The notes beneath the pieces are model-generated. The model was not told the DNA's origin. It ran no database searches and saw nothing but the letters and a program-made list of their open reading frames with translations. Of a stretch of 64,000 bases of DNA, positions 49,891 through 62,234 are shown one piece after another. Positions within the stretch are counted from its first letter, which is position 1. Each line of letters opens with the position of its first letter. The position numbers and the translations under genes are program-made. The DNA lies in the NCBI RefSeq assembly GCF_018350175.1, contig NC_058368.1:49601815-49665814 (forward strand). The letters are read 5' to 3'. This DNA comes from Felis catus. Its lineage: Eukaryota.

Positions 49891-50267
49891 AAAAAAAGGA
49901 CCATAAGGAGTAAGAAAAGTAGGAAGCACAAAAGCAGTAAAAATAAGTATATCTATAAAAATCAGTCAAAGGAATCACAAAATAAAAGGATGTAAAGTGT
50001 GACATCATATACATAAAATGTGGTGGGGGAGAGGAGTAAAGAATGGATTCAAACTTAAGTGACCATCAACTTAATACAGACTGCTAAATGTCTAAGATGT
50101 CATATACAAACTTAATTATAACCACAAATAAAAAACCAGTAATGCATATGAAAAAAAATAGAGAAAGGAATCCAATTTTATCACTAAAGAAAGCCAACTA
50201 ACCATAAGAGACAAGAGCAAAGAAAGGAAGAGAGGACTAAAAAAATGATCATAAGACAAGTAACAAA

Positions 50268-53200
50268 ATGGTAATAAGTACATACCTATCAATAATTACT
50301 TTGCATGTAAATGGACTACACACTCCAATCAAAAGACACAGAGTGATATACTGGATTAAAAAAGAAAGACACTTGGGGTGCCTGGGTGCCTCAGCTGGTT
50401 AAGTGTCCAATTCTTGATTTCAGTTCAGGTAATGAACTCGTGGGATCAAGTCCTGCATTGCGCTCTGTGCTGACAGAGCAGAGCCTTCTTGGGATTATCT
50501 CTCTGCCTCTCTCTCTGCTCCTCCACTGCTCACTCTCTCCCTTCCTCAAAATAAATAAACATTAAAAAAAAAAAAAAAGGAAAGACATATATATGCTGCC
50601 TACAACAGACTTATTTTAGACTTAAAGACATCTACATCTTGAAAGTGAAGGAATAGAAAAGCACTTATCATGCAAATGGAAGTGAAAAGAAAACCAAAGT
50701 AGCAATACTTATCTTAGACAAAATAGACTTTAAAACAAAGATTGTAACAAGAACCAAATAAGAACAGTATTTAATGATAAAGGAAACAATTCAACGATAA
50801 GATATAACAGTTGTAAATATTTATGCACACACCCACACAGTGGAAGTATCCAAATATATAAAGCAACTAATAAAAAACATAAGGGAAGTAACTGATACTA
50901 ATATAATAATAGTAGAGGACTTTAACACCCCACATACATCAATGGATAGAGCATCCGAACAGAAAATCAACAAGGAAACAGTGCCTTTTAATGACACATT
51001 GGACCAGACGAATCTAACAGATATATTCAAAACATTCCATCCTAAAACAGCAAAATGCATATTATTTTCAAGTGTACATGGAACATTCTCCAGAATAGAT
51101 CCCATGCTAACCCACAAAACAAGTCTAAACAAATTCAAAAAGGTAAAAGTCATATATGCATCTTTTCTAACCACGCTATAAAACTAGAAATCAACTATAA
51201 GAAAAAGTCTGCAAAGAACACAAATACATGGAAGTTAAGTAACATGCTACTAAACAATGAATGGATCAACTAAGAAAGCAAAGAGAAAATAAAAAAAAAT
51301 ACATGGAGACAAATGAAAATGAAACCACAACAGTACAAAATTTGGTACAGTACAAAACCACAACAGTACAAAAACAGTTCTACAGTTTACAGCAAACAGG
51401 CCTAACACAGGAAGAAAAAAAAAACACCTCAAAAGGAGCTAGAGAAAGAAGAATAAACAAAACCCAAAACCAGCACCAGGACCTAGTTCTTTGAAAAGAT
51501 CAACAAAATTGATAAACCTTTATCCAGACTCAAAACAGAAGAGAGACAGAGAGATGACTCAAATAAAATCATAAATGAAAGAGGAGCTATGACAACTGAT
51601 AGCACAGAAATACGAAGGATTATAAGAGAATATTATGAAAAATTATATTCCAACAAATTGGACAGCCTAGAAGCAATAGATAAATGCCTAGAAACATATA
51701 ACCTACCAAAACTGAAACAGAGAGAAATAGAAATTTTTAAAACGCCAATTACCAGCAATAAAATTGAATTAGTAATTTAAACAAAAACTCCCAACAAACA
51801 AAAGTCCAGGAACAGATGTCTTCACAGGTGAATTCTACCAAACACTTAAAGAATAATTAATACCTATTTTTCTCAAACTATTCCAAAAAACAGAAAAGGA
51901 GGGAAAGCTTCCAAATTCATTCTATGAGGCGAGCATTACCCTGATACCAAAACCAGACAGACTCCACAAAAAAGAGAACTGTTGGTCAATATCTCTGAAT
52001 AACATAGATGCAAAATTCCTCAACAAAAATATTAGCAAACCAAATGCAACAACACATTCAAAAAAATCACCACAATCAAGCAGAATTTATTCCTGAAATG
52101 CAAGTGTGGTTCAATATTCACAAATCAATCAATGTTATACATTATATCAATAAGAGGATAAGAAACATATGATCATTTCAATAGATGCAGAAAAGGCATT
52201 TGACAAAGTGTAATAGCATAATTCATAATAAAAACCCTCAACCACCAGTTTTAGAGGGAACATAATACCTCAACATGATAAAGACTGTATATGAAAAACT
52301 CATAACTAACATCATAGTCAATGGTAAAAAACCTGAGAGCTTTGCCCTGAAGGTCAAGAACAAGACAAGGATGCCCACTCTCACCATTTTTATCCAACAA
52401 AATACTGAAAGTCCTAGCCACAGAAATCAGACAAGAAAATTAAATTAAAGGCATCAAAATTGGTAAAGAAGAAGTAAAATTTTCACTATTTGCAGATAAC
52501 ATGATACTATATGTAGAGAACCCTGCATCAAAAAACAAAAAAAACCCCAAAAACCTGAATCAAAAAAACTACTAGAACTGATCAATGAATACAGTATGGT
52601 TGCAAGATACAAAATCTATACATGGAAATCTGTTGCATTTCAATACACCAATAATGAAGAAGCAGAAAGGAGTAGCAGAAAGAGAAATGAAGAAAACAAT
52701 CCCATTTACAATTGCACTAAAAATAATAAAGTTCGTCAGAATAAGTCTAAACAAAGATGTGAAACACCTATATTCTGAAAACTATAAAACACTGATGAAA
52801 GAAACTGAAGATGACACAATCAAACTGAAAGTATGGTACTGGCACAAAAATAGATACACGTATCCATGGAAGAGAATAGAGAGCTCAGAAATAAACTCAC
52901 TACTAATCTTCAACAAAGGAGACAAAAATATGCCATGGGAGGGGACAGTCTCTTCAACAAATGGTGTTGGAAAAACTTAACAGTTGCATGCAAAAGAATG
53001 AAACTGGACCACTTCCTTACAATAAACCCAAAATGGATGAAAGACCTAAATGTTAAACCTGAAACCATAAAAATCCTAGAAGAGAGCACAGGCAATTTCT
53101 CTGACATTGGCCATAATAACATTTTTCTAGATATGTTTCCTGAGGCTAGAGAAACAAAAGCAAAAATAAACTATTGGGATTACATTAAAATAAAAGTTCT

Positions 53201-53793
53201 GCACAGCAAAGGAAACAATCAACAAAACTAAAATACAATCTATAGAATGGGAGATGTTTGTAAATGACATATCTGATAAAGGGTTAGCATCCAAAATATA
53301 TAAAGAACTTATATAACTCAACACCCCGAAAACAATCCAATGTCATGGGCAGAAGACATGAACAAACATTTCGCCAAAGAAGACATACAGATGGCCAGCA
53401 GACACATGAAAAGATGCTCAATATCACTCATCATCAAGAAAATACAAATCAAAACCACAGGGAGATATCATCTGACACCTGTCAGAATGGCTAAATTCAA
53501 AAACACTAGAAACAAGTGTTGACAAGGATGAGGAGAAAAAGGAACCCTCATATACCATTGGTAGGAATGCAAACGGGTGCAACCAGTGTGGGAAAAAGTA
53601 TGGGAGTTCCTCAAAAAATGAAAAATAGAAATACCATACGATCCAGTAATCACACTCCACACTAGGTTTTATTTACCCTAAGAATACAAAAACACTAATT
53701 CAAAAAATATTCACCCTATGTTTATTGCAGCTTTATCTACAAAAGTCAAATTATGGAAGAAACCCAAGTGTACATTGATAAGATGAATGGATT
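50268..53793 (+). pseudogene. L1 ORF2p pseudogene with internal deletions
   Basis: IIVEDFNTP...FSSVHGTFSRID endonuclease fragment; RT region with FADN at 52489-52500; deletions at ~51480 and ~52820. Confidence 0.9.
50375..50579 (+). mobile_element. Can-SINE nested at the L1 ORF2 start
   Basis: ggggtgcctgggtg...ttaagtgtcc...aggtaatga...; A tail; flanking gaaagaca duplication. Confidence 0.92.
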
Positions 53794-53808
53794 AAGATGA
53801 GGTGAGAT

Positions 53809-54446
53809 AGAACTACGCTATGGCCCAGCAATTGCACTACTAGGTATTTATCCAAAGCACACAAAAATGCTTATTTGAAGGGGCACATGCACCCCAATGT
53901 TTACAGCAGCACTATCAACAATAGCCTAATTATGGTAAGAGTCCAAATGTCCATTGACTGACAAATGGATAAAGAAGATGTGGTATATATATAAAATGGA
54001 GTATGACTCAGTGACCAAAAGAATGAAATCTTGCCATTTGCAACAACGTGGATGGAACTGGAGTGTATTGTGCTAAGCTAAATAAGTCGATGAGAGAAAG
54101 ACAAATATATTATTTCACTCATATGTGGAATAAGAAAAAGAACAGAGGGGAAGGGAAGGAAAAAATTAGATAAAAAGAGAGAGGGAGGCAAACCATAAGA
54201 GACTCTTAAATACAGAGAACTGAAGGTTGTTGCAGGGGTGTTGGGTGAGGAGATGGGTTAAATGGGTGATGGGCATTAAGGAGGGCACTTGTTAGGAGGA
54301 GCACTGGGTGTTATATGTAAGTGATGAATAACTAAATTCTACTCCTGAAATCATTGTTACACTACATGTTAACTAACTTGGATTTAAATGAAATTAAAAG
54401 ATTAAAAACTAAACATTAAAAATTAAACATTTCCTAAAACAAAAAA
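53809..54446 (+). mobile_element. Younger 5'-truncated L1 3' fragment nested inside the older L1
   Basis: Restarts ORF2 end sequence (gaactacgctatggcccagcaattgcactactagg), similar to 45337 onward. Has its own 3'UTR and A tail. 15-bp TSD aaga[t/a]gaggtga[g/a]at at 53794-53808 and 54447-54461. Confidence 0.9.
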
Positions 54447-54859
54447 AAGAAGAGGTGAAATGATATAGATATAGATATATAGACATAGACATAGCCATAG
54501 ACATGGATACAGACAATGGGATATTATTCAGCCATAAAAAAGAATGAAATCTTGTCATTTGCAACAACATGGATGGATCTAGAGGGTATAATCCTAAGTG
54601 AAATAATTCAGTCAGAGAAAGACAAATGCCACATGATTTCACTCATATAAAAAATTTAAGAAACAAAAGAAATGAACAAAGAAGAAGATTCAAACAAAAA
54701 CCAGACCCTTAAATGTAGAGAACAAACTGATAGTTACCCAAATGGAGGTGGGTGGGGAGATAGGTAGAATAGGTGAAGGGGATTAAGAGTACACTTGAAA
54801 CTAATATAGCATTGCACGCCAATTATATAGAAATTAAAATTAAAAAATTAAAATGCCAG

Positions 54860-55750
54860 TAAATCCATAAGTTTTTCTACCTATACATAGTCACCACTAA
54901 TACCACTAATACCAGGAATACACCTGTCTCATTCAAGATTGTTTTTATGCCTACATATACATGTATCCATAATTATTTTAATAATTCAATAATATATTGT
55001 GTATTATTTGATAATGTGTTTTCAAATAACAACATATTTTAAACATCTTTTCATACAAATAGAAGCAGTTGTGTACCATCTTGTCAATTTAATGTATAAT
55101 ATTCCATTATGTTAATGTATCATAATTTATTTAGCCAGTCCCCAATGTTGGACATTTAGGTTTTTTTGATATTTGTTATGAGTAACAGAACTACAAACAA
55201 ATATTTTACACACCACTATTTTTTCCTTAGGATAAATTCCTGAAAGTGGCATTGCTGTATAACACTGACAAAATAACTAGCAGAAAGAATGTAGCAATTT
55301 ATAATATCACCAATGATTTTTCAGAAGGCTAGGATTGAAGGAATAACTGTCCTTACCTTCAACGCATTCTTAGTATCACTAAATACATCTTTTTGTGTTT
55401 GCCATTTTGCAAGCTAAGAATGGTATATTGTTTTTATTTTCTTTCATCACTGAAGTTGAACATTCTTTTTACCATAGACTATATTTTTAATACTTTTGTG
55501 ATTTGTCTCTCTCTGTCCTTAAACTACTTTTACTTAATGACTTGAAGAATTTTATATAATAAAGACATTAATCCTTTGTCACCTGTTATGAATATTTAAT
55601 TTTTAATTTTATTGATAACATTTGGATATTTATTGGATATAGAGATAGTTTTCTATTTTGTGCTGTCAAGTTTATCAAACCTCTCCTTTGGTTTCTTTTT
55701 AGATAAGGAAAGTTCTTCATTTCTAGGTTATGTAAATAATCTCCTATCTA
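54860..55750 (-). mobile_element. Ancient L1ME-like relic (continues from ~47240-47300)
   Basis: atattccatt...cataatttatttagccagtcccc..tgttggacatttagg...ttccttaggataaattcctgaaagtgg.attgctg...gttgaacat...attaatcctttgtc. Confidence 0.7.
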
Positions 55751-58651
55751 AAATCAGAAATTGGAAACCACACTGAGATATCACATAGTCCATTACTTTG
55801 CGGTTAAGAAAAGTTAGATTCTTGAGATATTTTATTAATTTCTTATGACCACATCATTAATATCTACTATTGCCAGAACTTGAATCCAAGTCTTTATTCC
55901 TCCAGCTATTAGAAAATTAAGCAGAAGAATGGTCTTTTCTCCTTCTGAGAGAACGTTAATGAGGTGCGTTGGCTGTCAGTAACTAGAGAAAGTCTCCAAG
56001 CTCACTTCCCATACTCTCTACTGCAATTCAGGCTATGCTTTCCAATTCTCTGGATGTTGCCCGATTCTTAGAGACATGAGCATGCTATGAAACATCACAC
56101 GATAAAGAAAGACAGGGTCCTTCTGAGCTGTGGCAATAGCTACAGATGTATGGATGTGGGATTTTGTGAATGACCAATGCACCTTCCTTAAATTGGAAGG
56201 AAAAAAAAAAGCTTTTCTGGTAGATGATCTTCAGGCATTTACCTTAATGTCTAATGGGTTAAGGCAATAAAGGTAGAAAAAGCAAAAGATTGGTCAGTAG
56301 AAAGAAGGGGACTTAGTAGAACTCAGTAGAAGAAGGATCACAGTAGTTGTTGTTAACTGGCAGAACTCTAATGTGTACCCTTGGCCAACACATGCTCACT
56401 GGATCTGGCAACTACTTCTCTCAGATTCCAAACCACTGCACTTCCTCAAATTTGGCCTACAGGGAAATGATTCCAATTCCTCATCCTTTCCATGAGGTTG
56501 ACAATATTAAACACGCAGTTCTATTCTTGGGATGCAGGGATTAACAGAGACCAACCTTCCTCTCTTGCTCTTGCCAACCAGCTACGTGGTGAGTGCCAAG
56601 CAAAGACCACGTGATATTTTCAAAGGCAAGACAGACATTAAAACCAAGAACAGTCCTGTTTTTCAACCTATACCTCTCCACCTAGTCAGGCAGCATTGGT
56701 GATTAAGACTTATTTGATCTGCATTGGAGCAACTCCTTCAGTGAAGTCTGAAGGAATGTGAAGAGAAAGGCATGGCCAGCTACTGCTGAATCTTTTGCTC
56801 ACTGAAATCATCTAATGAGGACTGTATCACTGTTTCAGTGCTCCACTGAGAAGGCAGCTCAAAAGGTCAGGGCAGAGCCACTTCCAGCTTATCAGAATTA
56901 GCAACTATTGTCCAAGAACTTGACTTTAAAGTGCTCGATTATCCAGTCAGAGAGGGAAATTCTCCAAGAGATTATAGAGAGGGAAAGTGGTTTTGCTGTG
57001 ACCTGGTTAAAAACCAAGGCAGAATGAAAGGCAGACACAAGGAAGCAAACGGGCTGACCTTGAAATGAGTTACTGGAAAGAAGGGGCCACATAACAAATA
57101 ATATTTTTAGGTGAATCAGAATAAATCAGAAACTTTCTTATTCATTCACCTTATTTGCTGTGTATATGGGGTATTTTTAAACAGTTTAATCTCTGAACCA
57201 AAATAAAATTATTTTCCCTCTCCCCCCCACCAAAAAAAAAAATCCTTCTCCAAACCATGGTTGCACATCTAATTATAGCATACACTACTTAGTGCTGTGA
57301 TAGTAACCATTTTAAGGAGATGAAGATTCTCTTTGCTCAGTAGGGGAGGGATGAAAAGGTCTGGTTTTTCAGGAAAATATAGATTGCCAAAATGAATGTG
57401 ACTTGAAATAAAATCAGCTTTAACTCTGCTGGAAACCAGCCCTATGACCTCTTGCTTCCCAGCCCTCCACCACCACACCCACAGGCCTCCATTTCATGTT
57501 TCACCCTGGCGGGTCCCCAGGATGCCAAGGCTACAGATCTCCCTCCCATTAGCTGCTGGAATCCAGAATATCCATGGCAACCGGTCTCTAACCCCAGGGA
57601 GAAGGCAGCAGAATTGAAAGGCTCCATTCTGTTTCTACATCTACAGCTCAGTGAATTGACAGCTTGGTGGTTCCCTTAGTTCCATTAGATTAGGATGCAC
57701 TTTCTCCCTTCCTTTGTGTCATCTTTTTACCTGTGTAGGTCTCAGGCAAGGTTAAGGAATTTTTCAAATGAGTATTTCCCCCCTCTCCAGCTACTTCTGT
57801 ACATATCCAGAAGCATATTCCTTAAACATTCCTGGCTTTGCAGCATTTTTCTAAATAAAACAAAACATAGTTATGCTATTGGTCTTTTTACCTTCCTAAA
57901 AAAGCATCCCACGTTTGGTGTGCACGTTGTGCAAATTACAATGGATATATGATTTCAAACAAACCAAGTCCTTTGTGCAACAAGATCTTATAAAAACCAG
58001 CAGAGAGATAATAAATACATACAATTTTATCATGAAATTAAGTTGTAGCATCAAATAACTATAATCATGTTTAAGTGATTGTTTGTGCCACAGATATTTA
58101 GACCGGGTAACAGATTGCACAGTGCTCTCGCTGTTTGCTGATGGAGCCTGAATAACTAATTTGCACTCCATGCCCTGTGGAATGGCAGCTGAGTCCCCAG
58201 TGGATATGGGGAGAACTTAACAGAAGCAGACCATTTGGTCTGCAGAACCAAAACGAGGCAGAAATGTTATGTACGGTATGTAATCTAGAGTCATATGTTG
58301 CATCTACAGTTGCCTAATAATAGGATTGTAAAAGGAGGTCAATTTGCCAGTCAGCACTGCTTAACTCTTTTGAGTAAAGTGGACCCTTTAATAAAGCCAA
58401 TGAGAGCTAGAGATTCCCCTCCCAGGGAAATGTATATATGCGTGAAATGGGAAGTTATACGTGGTAGCTCCTGTTGCTCAGTTTTGGCAGAAGCCAAAAT
58501 ATGCGAGTATACTGTATATGAGTATGCAGTCGGCCTCAGGGACCCCTCACATCCTAAACGGAGAGGTCACTCCCTAAAACAGTGCCTGGGAGCACACCAA
58601 GACTTCTGAAAGGTTACATGGCCACATATGGTTTTAAGAAATTAATTTGAT

Positions 58652-58652
58652 G

Positions 58653-58684
<32 letters not shown>

Positions 58685-58708
58685 CACACACACACACACA
58701 AACACACA
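58652..58708. repeat. Interrupted (CA)n microsatellite
   Basis: Read directly. Confidence 0.96.
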
Positions 58709-59415
58709 GAATCCCTTTTTCCTTTTTTCACAAGAAAGGCAAATGTCCCACCCATCCCTTAACTCAACTCTGGTATATTGTTGGGTTGTGAGCAACTCCT
58801 TGATCCCAAAGAGATGATACACATATCCATATCTGTTAAGCTGCTGTTCTTCAAGCCCCAGGTTTGAGTCTCGCAGCGTATTTTACATGATTTCAAGAAT
58901 AAAAGGATGACAAATTACAAGTTTACTGATAACAAATTCGTATTATATTTGAGTAAAAGGAATATACAGATAGAATATCATATTTTCTTGAATACTTATT
59001 CAGATTAAGAGAATTTTTTTAGCTTTTGTCCCAAAATTATTGAGTACTCTAATTATCTATTTGATTTTTACTGCTTACTGTCATTCATTAATCTCTTCTC
59101 TCCTCTGTTACTCCCTGCTACCATGTAATTCTTTTATTTGGATTTACTTAATGGGAAGGCATTAAGATTTCACTGCAAATAATGCCATTAAGGGTTATAA
59201 TGAATCTTTTGTAACCGCATACTTCCTCATGGCCCAATACTTTCTTTTACTGCCCTAGTCCACCAAACCTTCACCCATTATCAAGATTGGAAGAAAAAAG
59301 AGGAGGCAGAGGAAGATAAGGAAAAGAAGAAAGGCCTCATCTCTCTAGAAAGTGCATTTCTGATAAAAGTTTACTTGGATGGTGAGGACGTATTTATCGA
59401 AATATGTAATATTTT

Positions 59416-59759
59416 TTATGCATTGACCAACTGAGTATTAATTGTTATGATAAAACACTTCAGAAGAAATTTTCTAAATAGTACCTTATGATTACAGGAA
59501 ATGAAAATATTTGTATTTTTATTGAAGAAAATTATGATGGGAATAAGACTGGTGGAAAGTTCAAAACTATGTGAGGAAAAATTATTTGGGTGATTCAATA
59601 AAGAGATTCAATAAAATATTCCAATCTTATATTCCCATACTTTCTTCAATGAAAATACATATTTAAATTTAAATTTTTATTTCCTGTGATCATGTTTATA
59701 AAATTTCTTTTGAAGTGTGTTATCATAAAACTATGAATACTTATTTGATTGAAGCATAA
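59416..59759. repeat. Long imperfect inverted repeat (arms 59416-59552 and 59621-59759, 68-nt spacer)
   Basis: Left ttatgataaaacacttcagaagaaattttctaaa...atgattacaggaaatgaaaat...tgtatttttattgaagaaa...gggaataagactgg. Reverse complement of right: ttatgataacacacttcaaaagaaattttataaacatgatcacaggaaataaaaat...tgtattttcattgaagaaag.atgggaatataagattgg. Confidence 0.9.
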
Positions 59760-60254
59760 CCAACCAGCAGGGGTGGAGAAAACAAATTGGGTTGGAGTTT
59801 GGTGTTATATGATTAATAAATTGGACTGAACTTTTTATTGTCAAAATACGACTGGGAAAATCTTGAGTCCTGCCCAAAATTTCTTCCAATGAGTGGAGAA
59901 TAACAAGAAAAGAGAGTAGAATTGAATGGGATAGTAGTGAGAGCTTTCAGCTCCCACCCAACTGAACCCAGCTTGTTCAATAAACTCTGCATGCTTCCAT
60001 CAGCAGGCAAAGACCACACATACATCCAGACTCCCTCTTGAGAAGTGAACAATGATAAGGAAGGAAGCTTGAGAGGGAAGGGACAGCATTAAAAGGAAGA
60101 CTGAGTTGATATAATATTTATCTGAAAGAGACATTAGAACTTGAAGAGAATCAGTTAATTTAATCATCTAGTTTAATTTTCCCCCTTTCAATACCAGGAC
60201 TGGGGAAAAGAAAATTGAGCACAACTGTATTAGTTATTAAACTAAGTAAAGCTA

Positions 60255-60455
60255 GAGGCATCTGGATGGCTCAGTCAGTTAAGCTTTCAACACTGGCTCA
60301 GGTCATGATCTCACAGTTCATGAGTTTGAGCCATGAGTTCTGGCTCTCTGCTGTCAGCACAGCAGTCTCCCTCTCTCACTGCCCCTCACCTGCCCACTCT
60401 CTCTCCTCTGTCTCTATCTCTCTCTCAAAAATAAACACTTTTTAAAAATAAGAAA
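60255..60455 (+). mobile_element. Can-SINE with internal deletions
   Basis: ggcatctggatggctcagtcagttaagc...ggctcaggtcatgatctcacagttcatgagtttgagcc; CT linker; aaaataaac tail. Confidence 0.9.
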
Positions 60456-60519
60456 AGTTATGCTTTCGTGCATATAAGTTTTACATCTAACTTACTACAA
60501 GCATGTAGAACATGACTGA

Positions 60520-61960
60520 AAAATTAGAAATAGACAAGATCATTGAAAGATGTATAATGTGAGAAAGGGATGCACAGAAGACAAAACAGGACCAACGTCT
60601 AAGGGGCTGCCCAAAGGAAAGAGCTCACAAGGGACAATGAGAATAAGCAGAGAAAGGAGAAAAACAGGAGAGTACAGTCCTGGGTGCCAAGGAAAGAATT
60701 TCCACATGGGAATGGTCCACATTCCCAAATGCTGGCAAAAGTCAAGTATTGTATAAACTGAAAATGTCCTTTGGGTTTAGCAACAAGAAAATAGTCAGTG
60801 GCCTCAGCAAGAGCAGTTCAACTGGAGTGGAAGACACAGAAACCAAATTGGAGGGATAGATTTAGGAAAAGAAAAAAAGTCTAGAGATAGAGATGCTTGA
60901 ATGTAGACAACTCTTCCCAAAAGTCTACCAAGAAAGAGGATGTGGTAGATTGCATTTTATTATTTTTATTTTTTTAACTTAAATTTTAGTTAGTTAACAC
61001 CCAGTGCAATATAGGTTTCAGGACTAGAATTTGGTGATTCATCACTTACATCCAACAACCTCACAATAAGCCCCCTCCTTAATACCTATCACACATCTAG
61101 CCCATCTCCCACCTACCTCCCTCCATCAACCCCATTTGTTCTCTATCATTACGAGTCCCTTGTGGTTTTAAATTATTCACTTTCCTGACTAATCCTTATA
61201 AGACAGAGGACTTCTCCATCCTACTGACCCTAAGCCTAGTCATGTGGCTGGCTTTGGGCAATGGAACAGTGAGTAGAATGGGGGACAGTAGTTGGAATAG
61301 AAAATTTTGCCCAGGAAAATTTTTTTTTCTTAAAATGGGGAAAGGTGAGGCTTATCTAAGTGCTTATAGGAAAGAGCCACTATGAAAAAAAAAAAAAAAA
61401 AAAGCTTAAAGATGAAAAAGAGATGGGATTATTATGAGGCAAGAATCCTGAGAAGGCAAAAAGGGATTGACCTCTAAAACAAATGAAGATAACTTGCCTA
61501 TTGGATGAAGGCCACCTTTCCCATTAACAAGAATTAAGGAGGAAAGGATGGATGTGAAAAGAGTTAAGTCTGCAGATTAAAAGGCAGCAGAGAGTCAAGA
61601 TGGCATTTAACTTCTCTGTGAAATGGGAAGTGAAGTCAGTTGGGAAGGACCAGGGAAAAGAAAGACAAGGACGGAGAAGAAAAGGGAAGTGGTTTTGAGA
61701 GCATGGAGGATTTTTTTAAAGATATTCCAGAGGACCAAGGAGAGCAAGTCACAGAAAGACAGGAAGAAGCACGAGAACCCAGGTGAGGTTGGTAACCATA
61801 AAATTTTATGGTAACAGTATTCACAGCTGTGGGATCTTTCCCCAGCTCCACTCAGGACACAGATCTAGAAGTGAAGGCCAAATGGGGGCTCCATTAGGCA
61901 CATGGGATGGAAGGTTAATTGGCAGGGACTGAGGATATTGGCAAGAAGTACTAAATCCAG
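60520..61960 (-). mobile_element. L2 relic interrupted by an MLT1-like LTR piece (~60941-61280)
   Basis: Purine-rich L2 motifs (gccaagg, aaatgctg, actgaaaatgtcctttgggtttagcaaca, gtagacaactctt). The MLT piece has tgtggtagattg and gtcatgtggctggctttgg.caatggaa. Confidence 0.6.
60957..61170 (-). mobile_element. Short carnivore L1 3' end
   Basis: T tail then ttagttaaca...tttcagga.tagaattt.gtgattcatcacttaca, the reverse complement of the 3'UTR seen at 54290-54390. Confidence 0.85.
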
Positions 61961-62009
61961 TTTAGCCTAAATGTTGGATTTTTGCACATCTTTAGTTTTC
62001 CGGTTATAC

Positions 62010-62225
62010 TGTCTGCCTCAGTGTGCATTATACACTACCTCCTTTATTACCTGCAACAACCTTGGGATAGTTACATTATAATTACATACATAAGAAAATT
62101 GAAACTCAAAGATATTACATAATTTCACCAAGATCACCTAGCTACCAAGTGACAAAGTTGGAATTAAAACCGATATTGTATGACTCCAAGTTCAATAGAC
62201 CTTTTCCCACACATCACTGTTACTT
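62010..62225 (-). mobile_element. MIR relic
   Basis: caacaacctt...agaaaattgaaactca.aga..tta.ataattt..ccaagatcac.tagcta..aagtgaca...tgactccaa. Confidence 0.7.
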
Positions 62226-62234
62226 CTCCTTTTT

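Larger units (their letters stand above)
47318..54842 (+). mobile_element. Full-length older carnivore LINE-1 (same family as 8418-11977), inactive
   Basis: 5'UTR, ORF1, ORF2 and 3'UTR present. Perfect 16-bp TSD aaaaattaaaatgcca at 47302-47317 and 54843-54858. Confidence 0.95.

Noticed and set aside
37338..52500. All three RT copies damaged at the FADD motif (FAEN 37338, FTD plus frameshift 44028, FADN 52489) as targeted inactivation
   Set aside because: Each copy has many other lesions, and three cases cannot be distinguished from neutral decay.
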